Shown: piece after piece, positions 50,536 through 59,984 of the stretch
Layout: each line of letters opens with the position of its first letter
Numbering within the stretch: the first letter of the stretch is position 1
Assembly (NCBI GenBank): GCA_011051565.1
Contig: DRKX01000089.1
Span: forward strand, 4,808 to 68,807
Direction: 5' to 3'
DNA: 64,000 nucleotides
Origin: Nitrospirota bacterium
GTDB lineage: Bacteria; Nitrospirota; Thermodesulfovibrionia; Thermodesulfovibrionales; JdFR-85
Notes under the pieces: generated by a model
What the model was told of the DNA's origin: nothing
The model's database searches: none
What the model saw: only the letters and a program-made list of their open reading frames with translations
Program-made: the position numbers and the translations under genes

Positions 50536-50958
50536 ATGACAACCCCTGCAGGACTTCTCTCCCGTGTGGTCGCAAAGGTCGTAGACCTCGTGCTGGCTGC
50601 CGTGGCCGTCGAGCTGTTACATGAGACGGGCCTGATTGCAGGGCTTGTATATATCCTGACAGCCGACGGCTTCTTCAACGGGAGGAGTCCCGGCAAGATG
50701 CTCCTTGGGCTGAGCGTGGTAAGGGCGGATGGGGGGCGCTGCACCGTCAAGGAATCCATATTGAGAAACCTGACCGTTGCCCTTGGTTTCCTGCTCTGGA
50801 GGGTCCCGTTGATAGGATGGCTTCTCTTCCTCGCCGTGCTCGCTTTTGAGTTCATAGTGCTTTACGGGAGTGATACGAACAGGCGTCTCGGTGACGAGAT
50901 AGCAAAAACCAATGTAATGGAAGTGGCAGGCGATAAAGGGGATGTTGGGGGCGGCTGA
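50536..50958 (+). CDS. RDD-family membrane protein
   Basis: The product reads LLSRVVAKVVDLVLAAV...GRSPGKMLLGLSVV...RNL...RRLGDEIAKT. The hydrophobic segments follow the RDD pattern. Confidence 0.6.
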   Translation: MTTPAGLLSRVVAKVVDLVLAAVAVELLHETGLIAGLVYILTADGFFNGRSPGKMLLGLSVVRADGGRCTVKESILRNLTVALGFLLWRVPLIGWLLFLAVLAFEFIVLYGSDTNRRLGDEIAKTNVMEVAGDKGDVGGG

Positions 50959-51008
50959 TCAAGGGCCGCCGGCTGAGACCGCTTACTGCTGCTGCGTCAG
51001 GAGGGTAG

Positions 51009-52037
<1,029 letters not shown>

Positions 52038-52044
52038 TGTTGAG

Positions 52045-52824
52045 ATGAGGAACAGACGGGTTGTCTTGCTTTTCCTTGTCGTTGTCGTATCCGCCTCCCT
52101 TATGACTTTTCAGAGCACGAGGGGACCGTTCAAGCCGCTGAGTGCTCTTCAGACCCCGCTGTACCGGCTGGAGAAGACCTTTGCCGCAATCCTGAAGATC
52201 ATCAAGTCGCCTTTCCTGTACTATTTCAAGCTGGAGAACGAGAACCGCCTGCTCAGGGAGGAACTCGTCCGGATGAAGATGAAAGAGCAGGAGTACAGCG
52301 AACTCAAGATCGAGAACGAGAGGCTGAGGACCATACTGAAGATCAGGGAGGCGGAGCCGCGATTCGTGTCGGCTGCGCGTGTCATATCCTCAGGGATAAG
52401 GCAGTGGCCTGAGCTTATGATCATCGACAAGGGGGCGGCGAGCGGCATCCGGAAGGACATGGCCGTGAGGACGCCAGACGGACTGGTGGGAAAGACCACA
52501 GAGGTCATGCCGGGGTTCTCCAAGGTCCTGCTCGTGACGGACGTGAGTTTCTCCGTATCCGTGAGACTCCAGGATTCGAGGATAGAGGGAGTGCTCTCGG
52601 GCAGGGGGGATGGTTCGTGCGTGTTGAAGTACATCCCGAGGGATGAAGTGGTCGAGCCCGGGACACTGCTGATCACCTCTGGGCTCGACGGGGTCTTCCC
52701 GAAGGGGATTCCCGTGGGGTACATAACCGGGGTGAAGAAGGGAAGCGAGCTCTTCCTCGATGTCGAGGTCGAACCGATAATAAGGGCGTCCATGATCGAA
52801 GAGGTCATGGTCTTCAAGAAATAG
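52045..52824 (+). CDS. mreC: Rod-shape-determining protein MreC
   Basis: It has an N-terminal TM helix, a coiled coil (LENENRLLREELVRMK) and a beta domain (VVEPGTLLITSGLDGVFPKGIPVG). It sits directly after mreB. Confidence 0.85.
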   Translation: MRNRRVVLLFLVVVVSASLMTFQSTRGPFKPLSALQTPLYRLEKTFAAILKIIKSPFLYYFKLENENRLLREELVRMKMKEQEYSELKIENERLRTILKIREAEPRFVSAARVISSGIRQWPELMIIDKGAASGIRKDMAVRTPDGLVGKTTEVMPGFSKVLLVTDVSFSVSVRLQDSRIEGVLSGRGDGSCVLKYIPRDEVVEPGTLLITSGLDGVFPKGIPVGYITGVKKGSELFLDVEVEPIIRASMIEEVMVFKK

Positions 52825-52835
52825 GACCCGGGCGG

Positions 52836-53297
52836 ATGAACGTGACCATGAAGAAGGCGGCCCTCTGGAGCGTGATCGGTGTAGGCGTGTTCCTGCTACA
52901 GTCCGTGATCTCGGTAGGGCCGATGAAGCTGAATCTGACGCTGCTTCTCGTCTATTACGCAGGCCTCAGGAGGGGCGAGCTGGCGGGTGTTGCAATCGGA
53001 ATACCCGTGGGCTTCCTCGAGGACGCCCTGTCAGGAGGCTTGATCGGTCCCGGTATGCTCGGAAAGGGGCTCGTGGGCATACTGCCTGCGTATCTCTCCG
53101 AGGGCTTCTTCATATGGACGCCGATCCTCGGGATGCTTGCAGTCTTCACGCTCACCGTCATCGACGAGACCGTGGTATACACGTCGTTAGCCCTCTTTTC
53201 ACAGAGGCCTGCGCCTGTCCTGGACTTCCTGGCCCTCACCCTGCTGAAGGCATCCATCAACGCCCCATTCGGGTGGCTCTTGAGGACAGGGAAATGA
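52836..53297 (+). CDS. mreD: Rod-shape-determining protein MreD
   Basis: A small polytopic membrane protein in the conserved mreBCD position. It has an ATGA overlap with mrdA. Confidence 0.7.
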   Translation: MNVTMKKAALWSVIGVGVFLLQSVISVGPMKLNLTLLLVYYAGLRRGELAGVAIGIPVGFLEDALSGGLIGPGMLGKGLVGILPAYLSEGFFIWTPILGMLAVFTLTVIDETVVYTSLALFSQRPAPVLDFLALTLLKASINAPFGWLLRTGK

Positions 53298-55072
53298 GAG
53301 ACAAGAGGAAGACGATAACGGTCCTGACTTACATCACAATAGCGGTCTTCGTCGTCTTCCTTCTCAGGCTCTGGCAGCTCCAGATACTGAAGGGCGGTTA
53401 CTACAGGAAGCTGTCCGAGAAGAACAGGGTCAGGGTCTTCAAGATTCCTGCGCCGAGGGGCATAATATACGACAGAAACGGCATACCCCTCGTGAAGAAC
53501 GCCCCGTATTTCATAGCCTCGTTGATCCCGGACCTCTCCAAGGAGGGACTCGACCTCGAAGGCCTCGCGCGGCTCCTGGACATGCCGGTCGATGAGCTGT
53601 CGAAGAAGATAGCGAAACAGAAGAGGCACGTGCTCGAGCCCATAAGGCTGAAAGAGGGGCTGGACTTCGCAGAGGTCGCCAGGATTGAGGCGAGGAGGTC
53701 GGACTTTCCGGGCCTCGTGGTGGAGACCGAGATAACGAGGGCATACCCTTACGGCAGCACCGGGGCGCACCTGATAGGATACCTGAGCCTGCCCACCGAG
53801 GCACAGTTGCGCAAGGGGCTCTTTGCCGGAGTTCCAAAGGGGACCTTCGTAGGGCAGTGGGGTGTCGAGGCCCTCTACGACAAGAGGCTGAGGGGGGTCC
53901 CTGGAAAGAGGTTCATCGAGGTCGACGCACTCGGAAGGCAGTTGCGCACTCTCAGGGTGGTTCCCCCGCGCAAGGGTGAAGACCTGACGCTCAGCGTGGA
54001 CATCCGCACACAGAAGGCCGCAGAGGAGGCGTTCAGGGGAAAGGCGGGTGCGCTCCTGGCACTCGATCCCGATGACGGAGAGGTCCTTGCGCTGGTGAGC
54101 CTGCCCTCATTTGATCCCAACCTCTTCGTGCGCGGTATATCGCCGAGGCAATGGCGCAGGCTGCAGAGACATCCAGGCCATCCCTTTCTGAACAGGGTTT
54201 TCCAGAGCCAGTACCCCCCGGGATCGATTTTCAAGATAGTCACTGCCATAGCAGCCCTCGAGGAGGGGGTCGTGGACGAGAACTTCTCGGTGGAGTGCAC
54301 GGGAGCGATCAACGTGGGGATCTGGAAGTTCAGCTGCTGGAAGGGACAGGGCCATGGAACGACGGCGCTCAGAAAGGCCCTCGTCGAGTCCTGCGACGTC
54401 TACTTCTACGAGGTGGGCAGGCTCCTCGGCATGGACAGGATTGCCAAGTATGCAAACGCACTGGGGTTGGGAACCGCCCCCGGAGTCAACCTGAGTGCGG
54501 AGAAGGAGGGGCTCATACCGACTACGTCGTGGAAGCTGAGGAAGAAGGGGATTCCCTGGTACCTCGGAGAGACCTTCAATGCAGCGATAGGCCAGGGGTA
54601 CGTCTCCGTCACCCCTGCCCAGGCAGCCCTCATGATATCCGCCCTTGCAAACGGCGGCACCGTCTACAGGCCGGAGCTTCTCAAGGTCTCTTCCGGCACT
54701 GAACCCATGACAAAGCTCAGCCTCAGCCGGAGAACGCTCCGGCTGATCAGGGACTCACTCGTCGGTGTGGTCGATGACCCAAAGGGCACGGGGGGAGATG
54801 CGAAGTCGGAGATCGTGAGGATCGCCGGCAAGACCGGTACGGCACAGGTGGTAAAGATACCCGAATCGGTGAAGAGGAAGCTCGCAAGAAAATACAAGGA
54901 TCATGCGTGGTTCGTTGCTTACGCGCCGGCCGCGAATCCCATGATAGCTCTCTCGGTGTTCGTCGAGCACGGAGGACACGGAGGAGAGACCGCCGGTCCC
55001 ATTGCAAAGGCGACCATCGAGGCGTACATGAGGTCTTCAGGATACCATGCTGAAAGACAGGCTGAAAATTAG
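53294..55072 (+). CDS. mrdA: Penicillin-binding protein 2 (elongasome transpeptidase)
   Basis: The start is MRDKRKTITVLTYITIAVFVV. Motifs are PRGIIYDRNG, the SxxK motif GSIFKIVTA, and KTGTAQV. The track ORF extends upstream to 53114, inside mreD. Confidence 0.9.
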   Translation: MRDKRKTITVLTYITIAVFVVFLLRLWQLQILKGGYYRKLSEKNRVRVFKIPAPRGIIYDRNGIPLVKNAPYFIASLIPDLSKEGLDLEGLARLLDMPVDELSKKIAKQKRHVLEPIRLKEGLDFAEVARIEARRSDFPGLVVETEITRAYPYGSTGAHLIGYLSLPTEAQLRKGLFAGVPKGTFVGQWGVEALYDKRLRGVPGKRFIEVDALGRQLRTLRVVPPRKGEDLTLSVDIRTQKAAEEAFRGKAGALLALDPDDGEVLALVSLPSFDPNLFVRGISPRQWRRLQRHPGHPFLNRVFQSQYPPGSIFKIVTAIAALEEGVVDENFSVECTGAINVGIWKFSCWKGQGHGTTALRKALVESCDVYFYEVGRLLGMDRIAKYANALGLGTAPGVNLSAEKEGLIPTTSWKLRKKGIPWYLGETFNAAIGQGYVSVTPAQAALMISALANGGTVYRPELLKVSSGTEPMTKLSLSRRTLRLIRDSLVGVVDDPKGTGGDAKSEIVRIAGKTGTAQVVKIPESVKRKLARKYKDHAWFVAYAPAANPMIALSVFVEHGGHGGETAGPIAKATIEAYMRSSGYHAERQAEN

Positions 55073-56177
55073 CTACCAGGGCATAAGGAACTTCGACTGG
55101 CTGATGTTCTCCATACCGCTTCTGCTGACGCTGCTGGGGATAATGACGATATACAGTGCCACCAGGTCCGTCCTCGACGCCCAGCCGTCGTTCTACGTCA
55201 GGCAGTCTGTATGGCTGTTACTGAGTGTGACGGCCCTCTTCGTCTCTGCAAGCTTCGACTACAGAAAGCTGATGAACGTTGCTTACCATCTCTACGGCAT
55301 AGGCCTGATCCTGCTCTTTCTGACCATTGTGCTCGGACATACGGGCATGGGTGCGCAGAGATGGCTCCGGGTGGGGTCGTTCAGCTTTCAGCCCTCGGAG
55401 GTGTTCAGGATAGCCATAATCGTCGTCGTTGCCAAATACCTGAGCATAAAACGCTCTCCTCTCACCGCTTCTCCCCTTGCGATGCTCGTCCTCCTGTTCG
55501 TGCTCATCCCCTTCTTCCTCCTCTACAGGCAGCCGGACCTCGGCACAGCGATAACACTGGTCGGGATCGTGGTGCTGATGACGCTGGTGAAGGGCGTGCA
55601 GAGACGCATACTCGTCAGCCTGATCCTGGTGGTCGTCATCTCGCTTCCCTTTGCCGGGAACATCCTGTGGGAGGGCCTCAAGGAATACCAGCGCAACAGG
55701 CTGGTCGCGTTCATCGACCCGAAGGTCGATCCAAAGGGGATAGGCTACCAGATCGAGCAGTCGAAGATCACGATAGGCTCGGGCAGGTTGTTCGGCAAGG
55801 GGTACCTGAGGGGCACGCAGGGCCCGTTCCGGTTCCTCCCCGAGAAGCATACGGACTTCATATTCTCTGTCTTCTCAGAGGAGTGGGGGGCGGTGGGTTC
55901 CGTATTCGTGATCAGCCTCTACATGCTGCTGATCATCCGGGGGTACGAGACCGCCTTCTATGCAAAGGACGAGTTCGGAACACTGCTGTCGATCGGGATA
56001 AGCACGATGTTCCTCTTCTATGTCTTCATAAACATCGGCATGACCATGGGCCTGATGCCTGTTGTGGGCATACCCCTGCCCTTCTTCAGCTACGGCGGCA
56101 CCGCACTGCTTGCAAACTTCATCTGTGTGGGCCTGCTCATAAACGTGAGGATGAGGCGCTTCATACTCTTTTATTAA
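55047..56177 (+). CDS. rodA: SEDS-family peptidoglycan glycosyltransferase RodA
   Basis: A polytopic FtsW/RodA/SpoVE-family protein (PEKHTDFIFSVFSEEWG, GIPLPFFSYGGT). It lies downstream of mrdA. Confidence 0.9.
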   Translation: MLKDRLKISYQGIRNFDWLMFSIPLLLTLLGIMTIYSATRSVLDAQPSFYVRQSVWLLLSVTALFVSASFDYRKLMNVAYHLYGIGLILLFLTIVLGHTGMGAQRWLRVGSFSFQPSEVFRIAIIVVVAKYLSIKRSPLTASPLAMLVLLFVLIPFFLLYRQPDLGTAITLVGIVVLMTLVKGVQRRILVSLILVVVISLPFAGNILWEGLKEYQRNRLVAFIDPKVDPKGIGYQIEQSKITIGSGRLFGKGYLRGTQGPFRFLPEKHTDFIFSVFSEEWGAVGSVFVISLYMLLIIRGYETAFYAKDEFGTLLSIGISTMFLFYVFINIGMTMGLMPVVGIPLPFFSYGGTALLANFICVGLLINVRMRRFILFY

Positions 56178-56225
56178 GGCTCGTTTTTCTGTTATAATTA
56201 CCTTCACGTTCAAACGGATGATCAC

Positions 56226-56302
56226 GGCGGTGTAGCTCAGTTGGTAAGAGCATGCGGCTCATATCCGCAGGGTCGGGGGTTCGAATCCCTCCACCGCCAC
56301 CA
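56226..56302 (+). tRNA. tRNA with CAT anticodon (elongator Met; Ile2/lysidine type not excluded), CCA encoded
   Basis: The cloverleaf is acceptor GGCGGTG/CACCGCC, D arm GCTC-AGTTGGTAA-GAGC, anticodon arm TGCGG-CTCATAT-CCGCA and T arm GGGGG-TTCGAAT-CCCTC. G1:C72 argues against an initiator. TATAAT lies at 56193-56198 upstream. Confidence 0.9.
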
Positions 56303-56328
56303 GCCGTCGTCATTCTCTCCTTGGCCCA

Positions 56329-59300
56329 TCAGACCTGCGGACGCGCCTGCACCACATAATAGGCATTCCCTGCAAAGGCTCCCTCGATATCCTGTGGAGA
56401 GCCCATCGCGGTTTCGACGGCCGTTCCGGCATCAGCGATGCGGTTCAGTATCTCCAGCCTGAACTTCTCGTCCCAGACGAGGGGTTCATCCGTGTAATCG
56501 AGCGGCACCTCCCTGGGCGGGGCCAGCATGACGCTGTCGTAGAGGCCTGCTCCTGCGTATCCGCTGAGGTCCTCGCCGTTTGAGTCCGAGCGGAATATGA
56601 GGCCTCCACCATAGAGTCCGGTGCCCTTGTTCGGATATGAAGTGATGCGGAGGCCGGGCCGCGTCTTATTCCTGGTGAAGCCGAGGGCCCTGCCCGGGTA
56701 GTTGCCGACGAGGGTCTCACCGAGGCCGAGAACGACCTCTGCAAAGAGCTCGTCGGTGTCGCCGGTGAATGGGTTGACGGTGTGAATGACGAATGAATAC
56801 TCCGCCTCCACGACCTGTTGGACGAGCACGGCCATGTAGAGGTCCTCGTCCGGGATGCCCGCCGCCCTCCGGCTGAGATACGCCCTCTCGTTCCACTTCG
56901 ACGCCCAGACACGCTTGATGCAGGTCCAGGCCTCGTCCCATTCCGGCCATGCAAGCCCAGCCCCTTCCATGACGCTGCGGAGCCTGGCGGGGAGCTCTTC
57001 GGGGTATTCGAGCTCGAGCACGGTCTTGCGTATCTCTGCGAGTGTCTCTCCTGCATCGCGGTCGAGCCTCGAGGCCAGCTCCAGGCAGCGTTGCCTGACC
57101 CCGCTGTTGGCCTCCAGGTCGAGGACCCTTTCGAACACTCCGAAGGGCAGTGCAACCGATGCGGGCAGGCGTATCCAGTCCGGCAGCCTGCCTCGGAGCC
57201 GGGTCAGGTTGAGGGACTTGCCGCCGACCACACCCTCCCTGAAGTCCTCTTCAGAGAGGGCATAGGCAGTGAACTCAGGCCGCGACACCTTCCTGAACCC
57301 CAGCCGTATCCGTGGCGGCAGGGCCGCCTTGTCGTCTCCGGTCTCCTCGAACTCGAGGTCTCCGGAGGGGGTTACTGTGAAGCTGAGCAGCCGTCCCCTG
57401 AGAGACTTGAGGCGTTCGAGGCACTTCGAGTCGTAACAGACGGCGAAGAGGAGTCCGGCGTTGCGTGCGCGTACGGCCACGTGCGATACGAGGTCGACGG
57501 CATCCGGAGTGATGACCGCGGTCACCCCCTCGGGCGGTTCTTCGTCACCCCGCACCCTGTCTGCAACGATGACAACAGGGGTCTCGAACCTTCGGCCCTG
57601 GACGTCCCCCAGTGAGCCGACCGTCTCCACGCGTCCGACACCCCGGCCCGGGCTGATCACCTGCCAGTCGCCGAGTTCGGCCCTCCTTCGCAGTACAGGG
57701 TCGAGGCGGCGCAGGAGCATGGATAGGACGAAAGCGGGCCTGCCGCGTACGATCTCTTCGGTGAAGAGGGTGATGGACCATGGATCGGCATTGAAAGCCT
57801 TGCCGAGCAGCTCGGCCTTGGGTTGGAACATCCGGTAATAGTGGTCGATGAAGGCGCCCACAGCGCGTCCGGCCCTGTCGAGTACGGCCTTTGCATGAAG
57901 TGACCAGTCACGGCCGGGGCTGTACTCCTGCTCGAGGCGTTTCCACTCACGGAGACACCCTGAGAGGTCGGCACTGTCATGGGTGAACCGGATGTTCTCG
58001 ATCACCGGTCCGACGAGCCGGACGAGCCGTTCCGTTTCAGTGCGGCGGTGGATGTTGCGCTCAACTGCAATCCGCATGAACTCCTCGAGAGCAAGGTCGA
58101 GATACAGCAGGTCCCGCACCCTTGCATGATCCCTCTCTGCGCCGAGCATCCGGTTGATGATCCTCCGCACCCGCGTGATCACCTCTACGAGGTCCACCAC
58201 AACTGCGCCCTGGTCGTCCCTGTGTGCCAGTATGAAGTCGAGCAGCCCGCCTGTCCCGCCATCCAGCAGGTACCTTGCGGCATTGACGGCGCTTTCGAGA
58301 TCGGTGCCGGAGTGAACCGACCTCAGCAGTTTCAGGTATTCCTCGAAGTCGTGTATGAGGGCGTCCTTGAGATGGGGGACGAAGTCCGGAGGGGTCTTGA
58401 TGGGCCGGTCAAAGCTCTCGAGACGCTCCTTCGTGACACCGCCGGCCTCGAGCACCCTGTAGAATGTGTCGAGGTCTCCGTCGTTTCTGAGGAACTCCAG
58501 GTAGGCCTCACATATGACGATATCGTCAGGGGTGGCGTTGTTGTGGAGTTTCTGGTGCCATTCCTCGAGGAAGTGGCCGGATACCTCCTTTATGTGGTGC
58601 CTGTGCATTATGTGCAGTATCTCGTCGCGTATGCGCTGGCCTTCACCGCCCCTGCCGAGCGTGGTCATCATAAGGCGTATCAGCTCGCGGCTCTCGGCCT
58701 CGTCCACGTAGAGACCGGCGAGCTTCAGGGTGAGGCGGTCCTGTGCGTGGGTCAGCTCTCGCGGCTTTGTGTTATACTTCCGCTGCCATACCAGCTGCCT
58801 GATGGCTGAGAAGCGGAGCCACACGAACAGCATTGCCATGCCTTCGGCGTCGCCCCTGGCGTCGTCCAGCAGGTCGTGACAGAGGTTGAACCTGTGCATG
58901 AGCGTCCAGGAGTGGTCGCCCGTCTCGGCCCTGATGATCTCCTCTGCAAGGTGTGTGTGGGGCCTCTCCGCCTCCATGGTGACCGGCACGAAGAAGTCCC
59001 GCCCCCTCTCCTTGATCCAGCGGCCGGTGTCAGGCTGCCTCAGCACGAAGTCGATCCCAAGCGGGGCATCCTCCGGCGCGAAGTCGAGGATCAGGCGGTT
59101 CAGGCCCTCGTGCATGACGAAAGGCGTCTCTGCGGACCCGTCGCCCGGCAGGGTCGTTCCCTGTGGAAGCATGGAAGCCGGGGGCGTCAGCCACTCATTC
59201 CGTCTGTGCACCGCCACACCCCAGTGCAGTAAGAGCGGGCCGGGCATGTCCGTGACGAGGACGAGCCTGCAGGTGCCGTCGCCTCTCCTGCCGAGGGCTG

Positions 59301-59775
59301 CTGCGAGCCGGCCGTCAGGGCCGAGTCCGTAGACCCTCTGAAAAGCGACATCCAGGTCCACTGTCTCGGCCTTCAAGGCCTCCTCGGGCGAGGGGCCTTT
59401 CGGCCCGGGCAGGGAGAGCCTCACGCGGTAGTTCCTGCCGCTGTTGTTGTCCCAGCGGTCCTCCTCAGGGAAGTAGAGGACGAAGTTCAGGACCGGGAGT
59501 CTCAGGTCCCGGCCGAGCCGTAAGGTTACCCGGCTCCCGCCGTTGTCGGGCATGAAGGGTGTCTGCAGGGCGTTCCGGCCGAATGCCCTGCTGCCCTCGG
59601 GCCGGAGCGCGCTCGGTGGTATCTGCCAGGGGGCATCCTCATGCAGTGAGAGGCCCCAGTGGAGGATGCACCTCCTCCTGTCTCTCATCCGCAGCGAAAC
59701 CTCGATGCCCCTCTCCGCCTCCCGGCTCTCCACTGTCAGGGTGATTCCGCTCTTCGTCCTTATCTCTCCGGTCAT
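56329..59775 (-). CDS. Alpha-glucan,water dikinase (GWD)-like protein: tandem CBM45-like modules + central GWD region + phosphohistidine domain + PPDK_N-type nucleotide-binding domain
   Basis: There are two N-terminal repeats with an LHWG/W..PP signature (CILHWGLSLHEDAPWQIPPS and LLLHWGVAVHRRNEWLTPPA). The central motif is EEWHQKLHNNATPDDIVICEA. The phosphohistidine context is VDLVSHVAVRARNAGLLFAVCYD (His765, codon 57481-57483). The C-terminal ATP-grasp domain shows GGKSLNL, WASKWNERAYLSRR, MAVLVQQVV and GSPQDIEGA. Confidence 0.8.
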   Translation of the reverse strand: MTGEIRTKSGITLTVESREAERGIEVSLRMRDRRRCILHWGLSLHEDAPWQIPPSALRPEGSRAFGRNALQTPFMPDNGGSRVTLRLGRDLRLPVLNFVLYFPEEDRWDNNSGRNYRVRLSLPGPKGPSPEEALKAETVDLDVAFQRVYGLGPDGRLAAALGRRGDGTCRLVLVTDMPGPLLLHWGVAVHRRNEWLTPPASMLPQGTTLPGDGSAETPFVMHEGLNRLILDFAPEDAPLGIDFVLRQPDTGRWIKERGRDFFVPVTMEAERPHTHLAEEIIRAETGDHSWTLMHRFNLCHDLLDDARGDAEGMAMLFVWLRFSAIRQLVWQRKYNTKPRELTHAQDRLTLKLAGLYVDEAESRELIRLMMTTLGRGGEGQRIRDEILHIMHRHHIKEVSGHFLEEWHQKLHNNATPDDIVICEAYLEFLRNDGDLDTFYRVLEAGGVTKERLESFDRPIKTPPDFVPHLKDALIHDFEEYLKLLRSVHSGTDLESAVNAARYLLDGGTGGLLDFILAHRDDQGAVVVDLVEVITRVRRIINRMLGAERDHARVRDLLYLDLALEEFMRIAVERNIHRRTETERLVRLVGPVIENIRFTHDSADLSGCLREWKRLEQEYSPGRDWSLHAKAVLDRAGRAVGAFIDHYYRMFQPKAELLGKAFNADPWSITLFTEEIVRGRPAFVLSMLLRRLDPVLRRRAELGDWQVISPGRGVGRVETVGSLGDVQGRRFETPVVIVADRVRGDEEPPEGVTAVITPDAVDLVSHVAVRARNAGLLFAVCYDSKCLERLKSLRGRLLSFTVTPSGDLEFEETGDDKAALPPRIRLGFRKVSRPEFTAYALSEEDFREGVVGGKSLNLTRLRGRLPDWIRLPASVALPFGVFERVLDLEANSGVRQRCLELASRLDRDAGETLAEIRKTVLELEYPEELPARLRSVMEGAGLAWPEWDEAWTCIKRVWASKWNERAYLSRRAAGIPDEDLYMAVLVQQVVEAEYSFVIHTVNPFTGDTDELFAEVVLGLGETLVGNYPGRALGFTRNKTRPGLRITSYPNKGTGLYGGGLIFRSDSNGEDLSGYAGAGLYDSVMLAPPREVPLDYTDEPLVWDEKFRLEILNRIADAGTAVETAMGSPQDIEGAFAGNAYYVVQARPQV

Positions 59776-59868
59776 ACGGGTTATTATACCTCTTTTTGCA
59801 GCGGATACGTATTCGATCGCAACCTGCCGAAACCAGAGTCCGCTGCTCGGGCGGAACGGCGTTTTCTG

Positions 59869-59898
59869 TTGACGATTTCAGCGCCGTAATAATACAGT
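59869..59898 (+). promoter_or_regulatory. Putative promoter of the GH57-malQ unit
   Basis: TTGACG (59869-59874), an 18-nt spacer, then TACAGT (59893-59898). Confidence 0.3.
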
Positions 59899-59984
59899 AT
59901 ACCTAAGTGATGAGATCGTTGAGTAGAGGTTCGATGCCGTACCGTCACGCAGCGGTCGGCGTAGAGAGAGGGGATCGGTGAGGG

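Noticed and set aside
55211-56197. A 328-aa alternative-frame ORF lies inside rodA on the same strand.
   Set aside because: It is an Arg/Pro/Gly-rich out-of-frame translation. The rodA frame gives a canonical SEDS membrane protein.
59776-59800. A TATAAT on the minus strand lies 7 nt upstream of the ATG of the GWD-like gene, which would suggest a leaderless transcript.
   Set aside because: No acceptable -35 lies at a 16-19 nt spacing, and an AAAGAGG RBS-like element is also present further upstream. The evidence is ambiguous, so it is not called as a feature.
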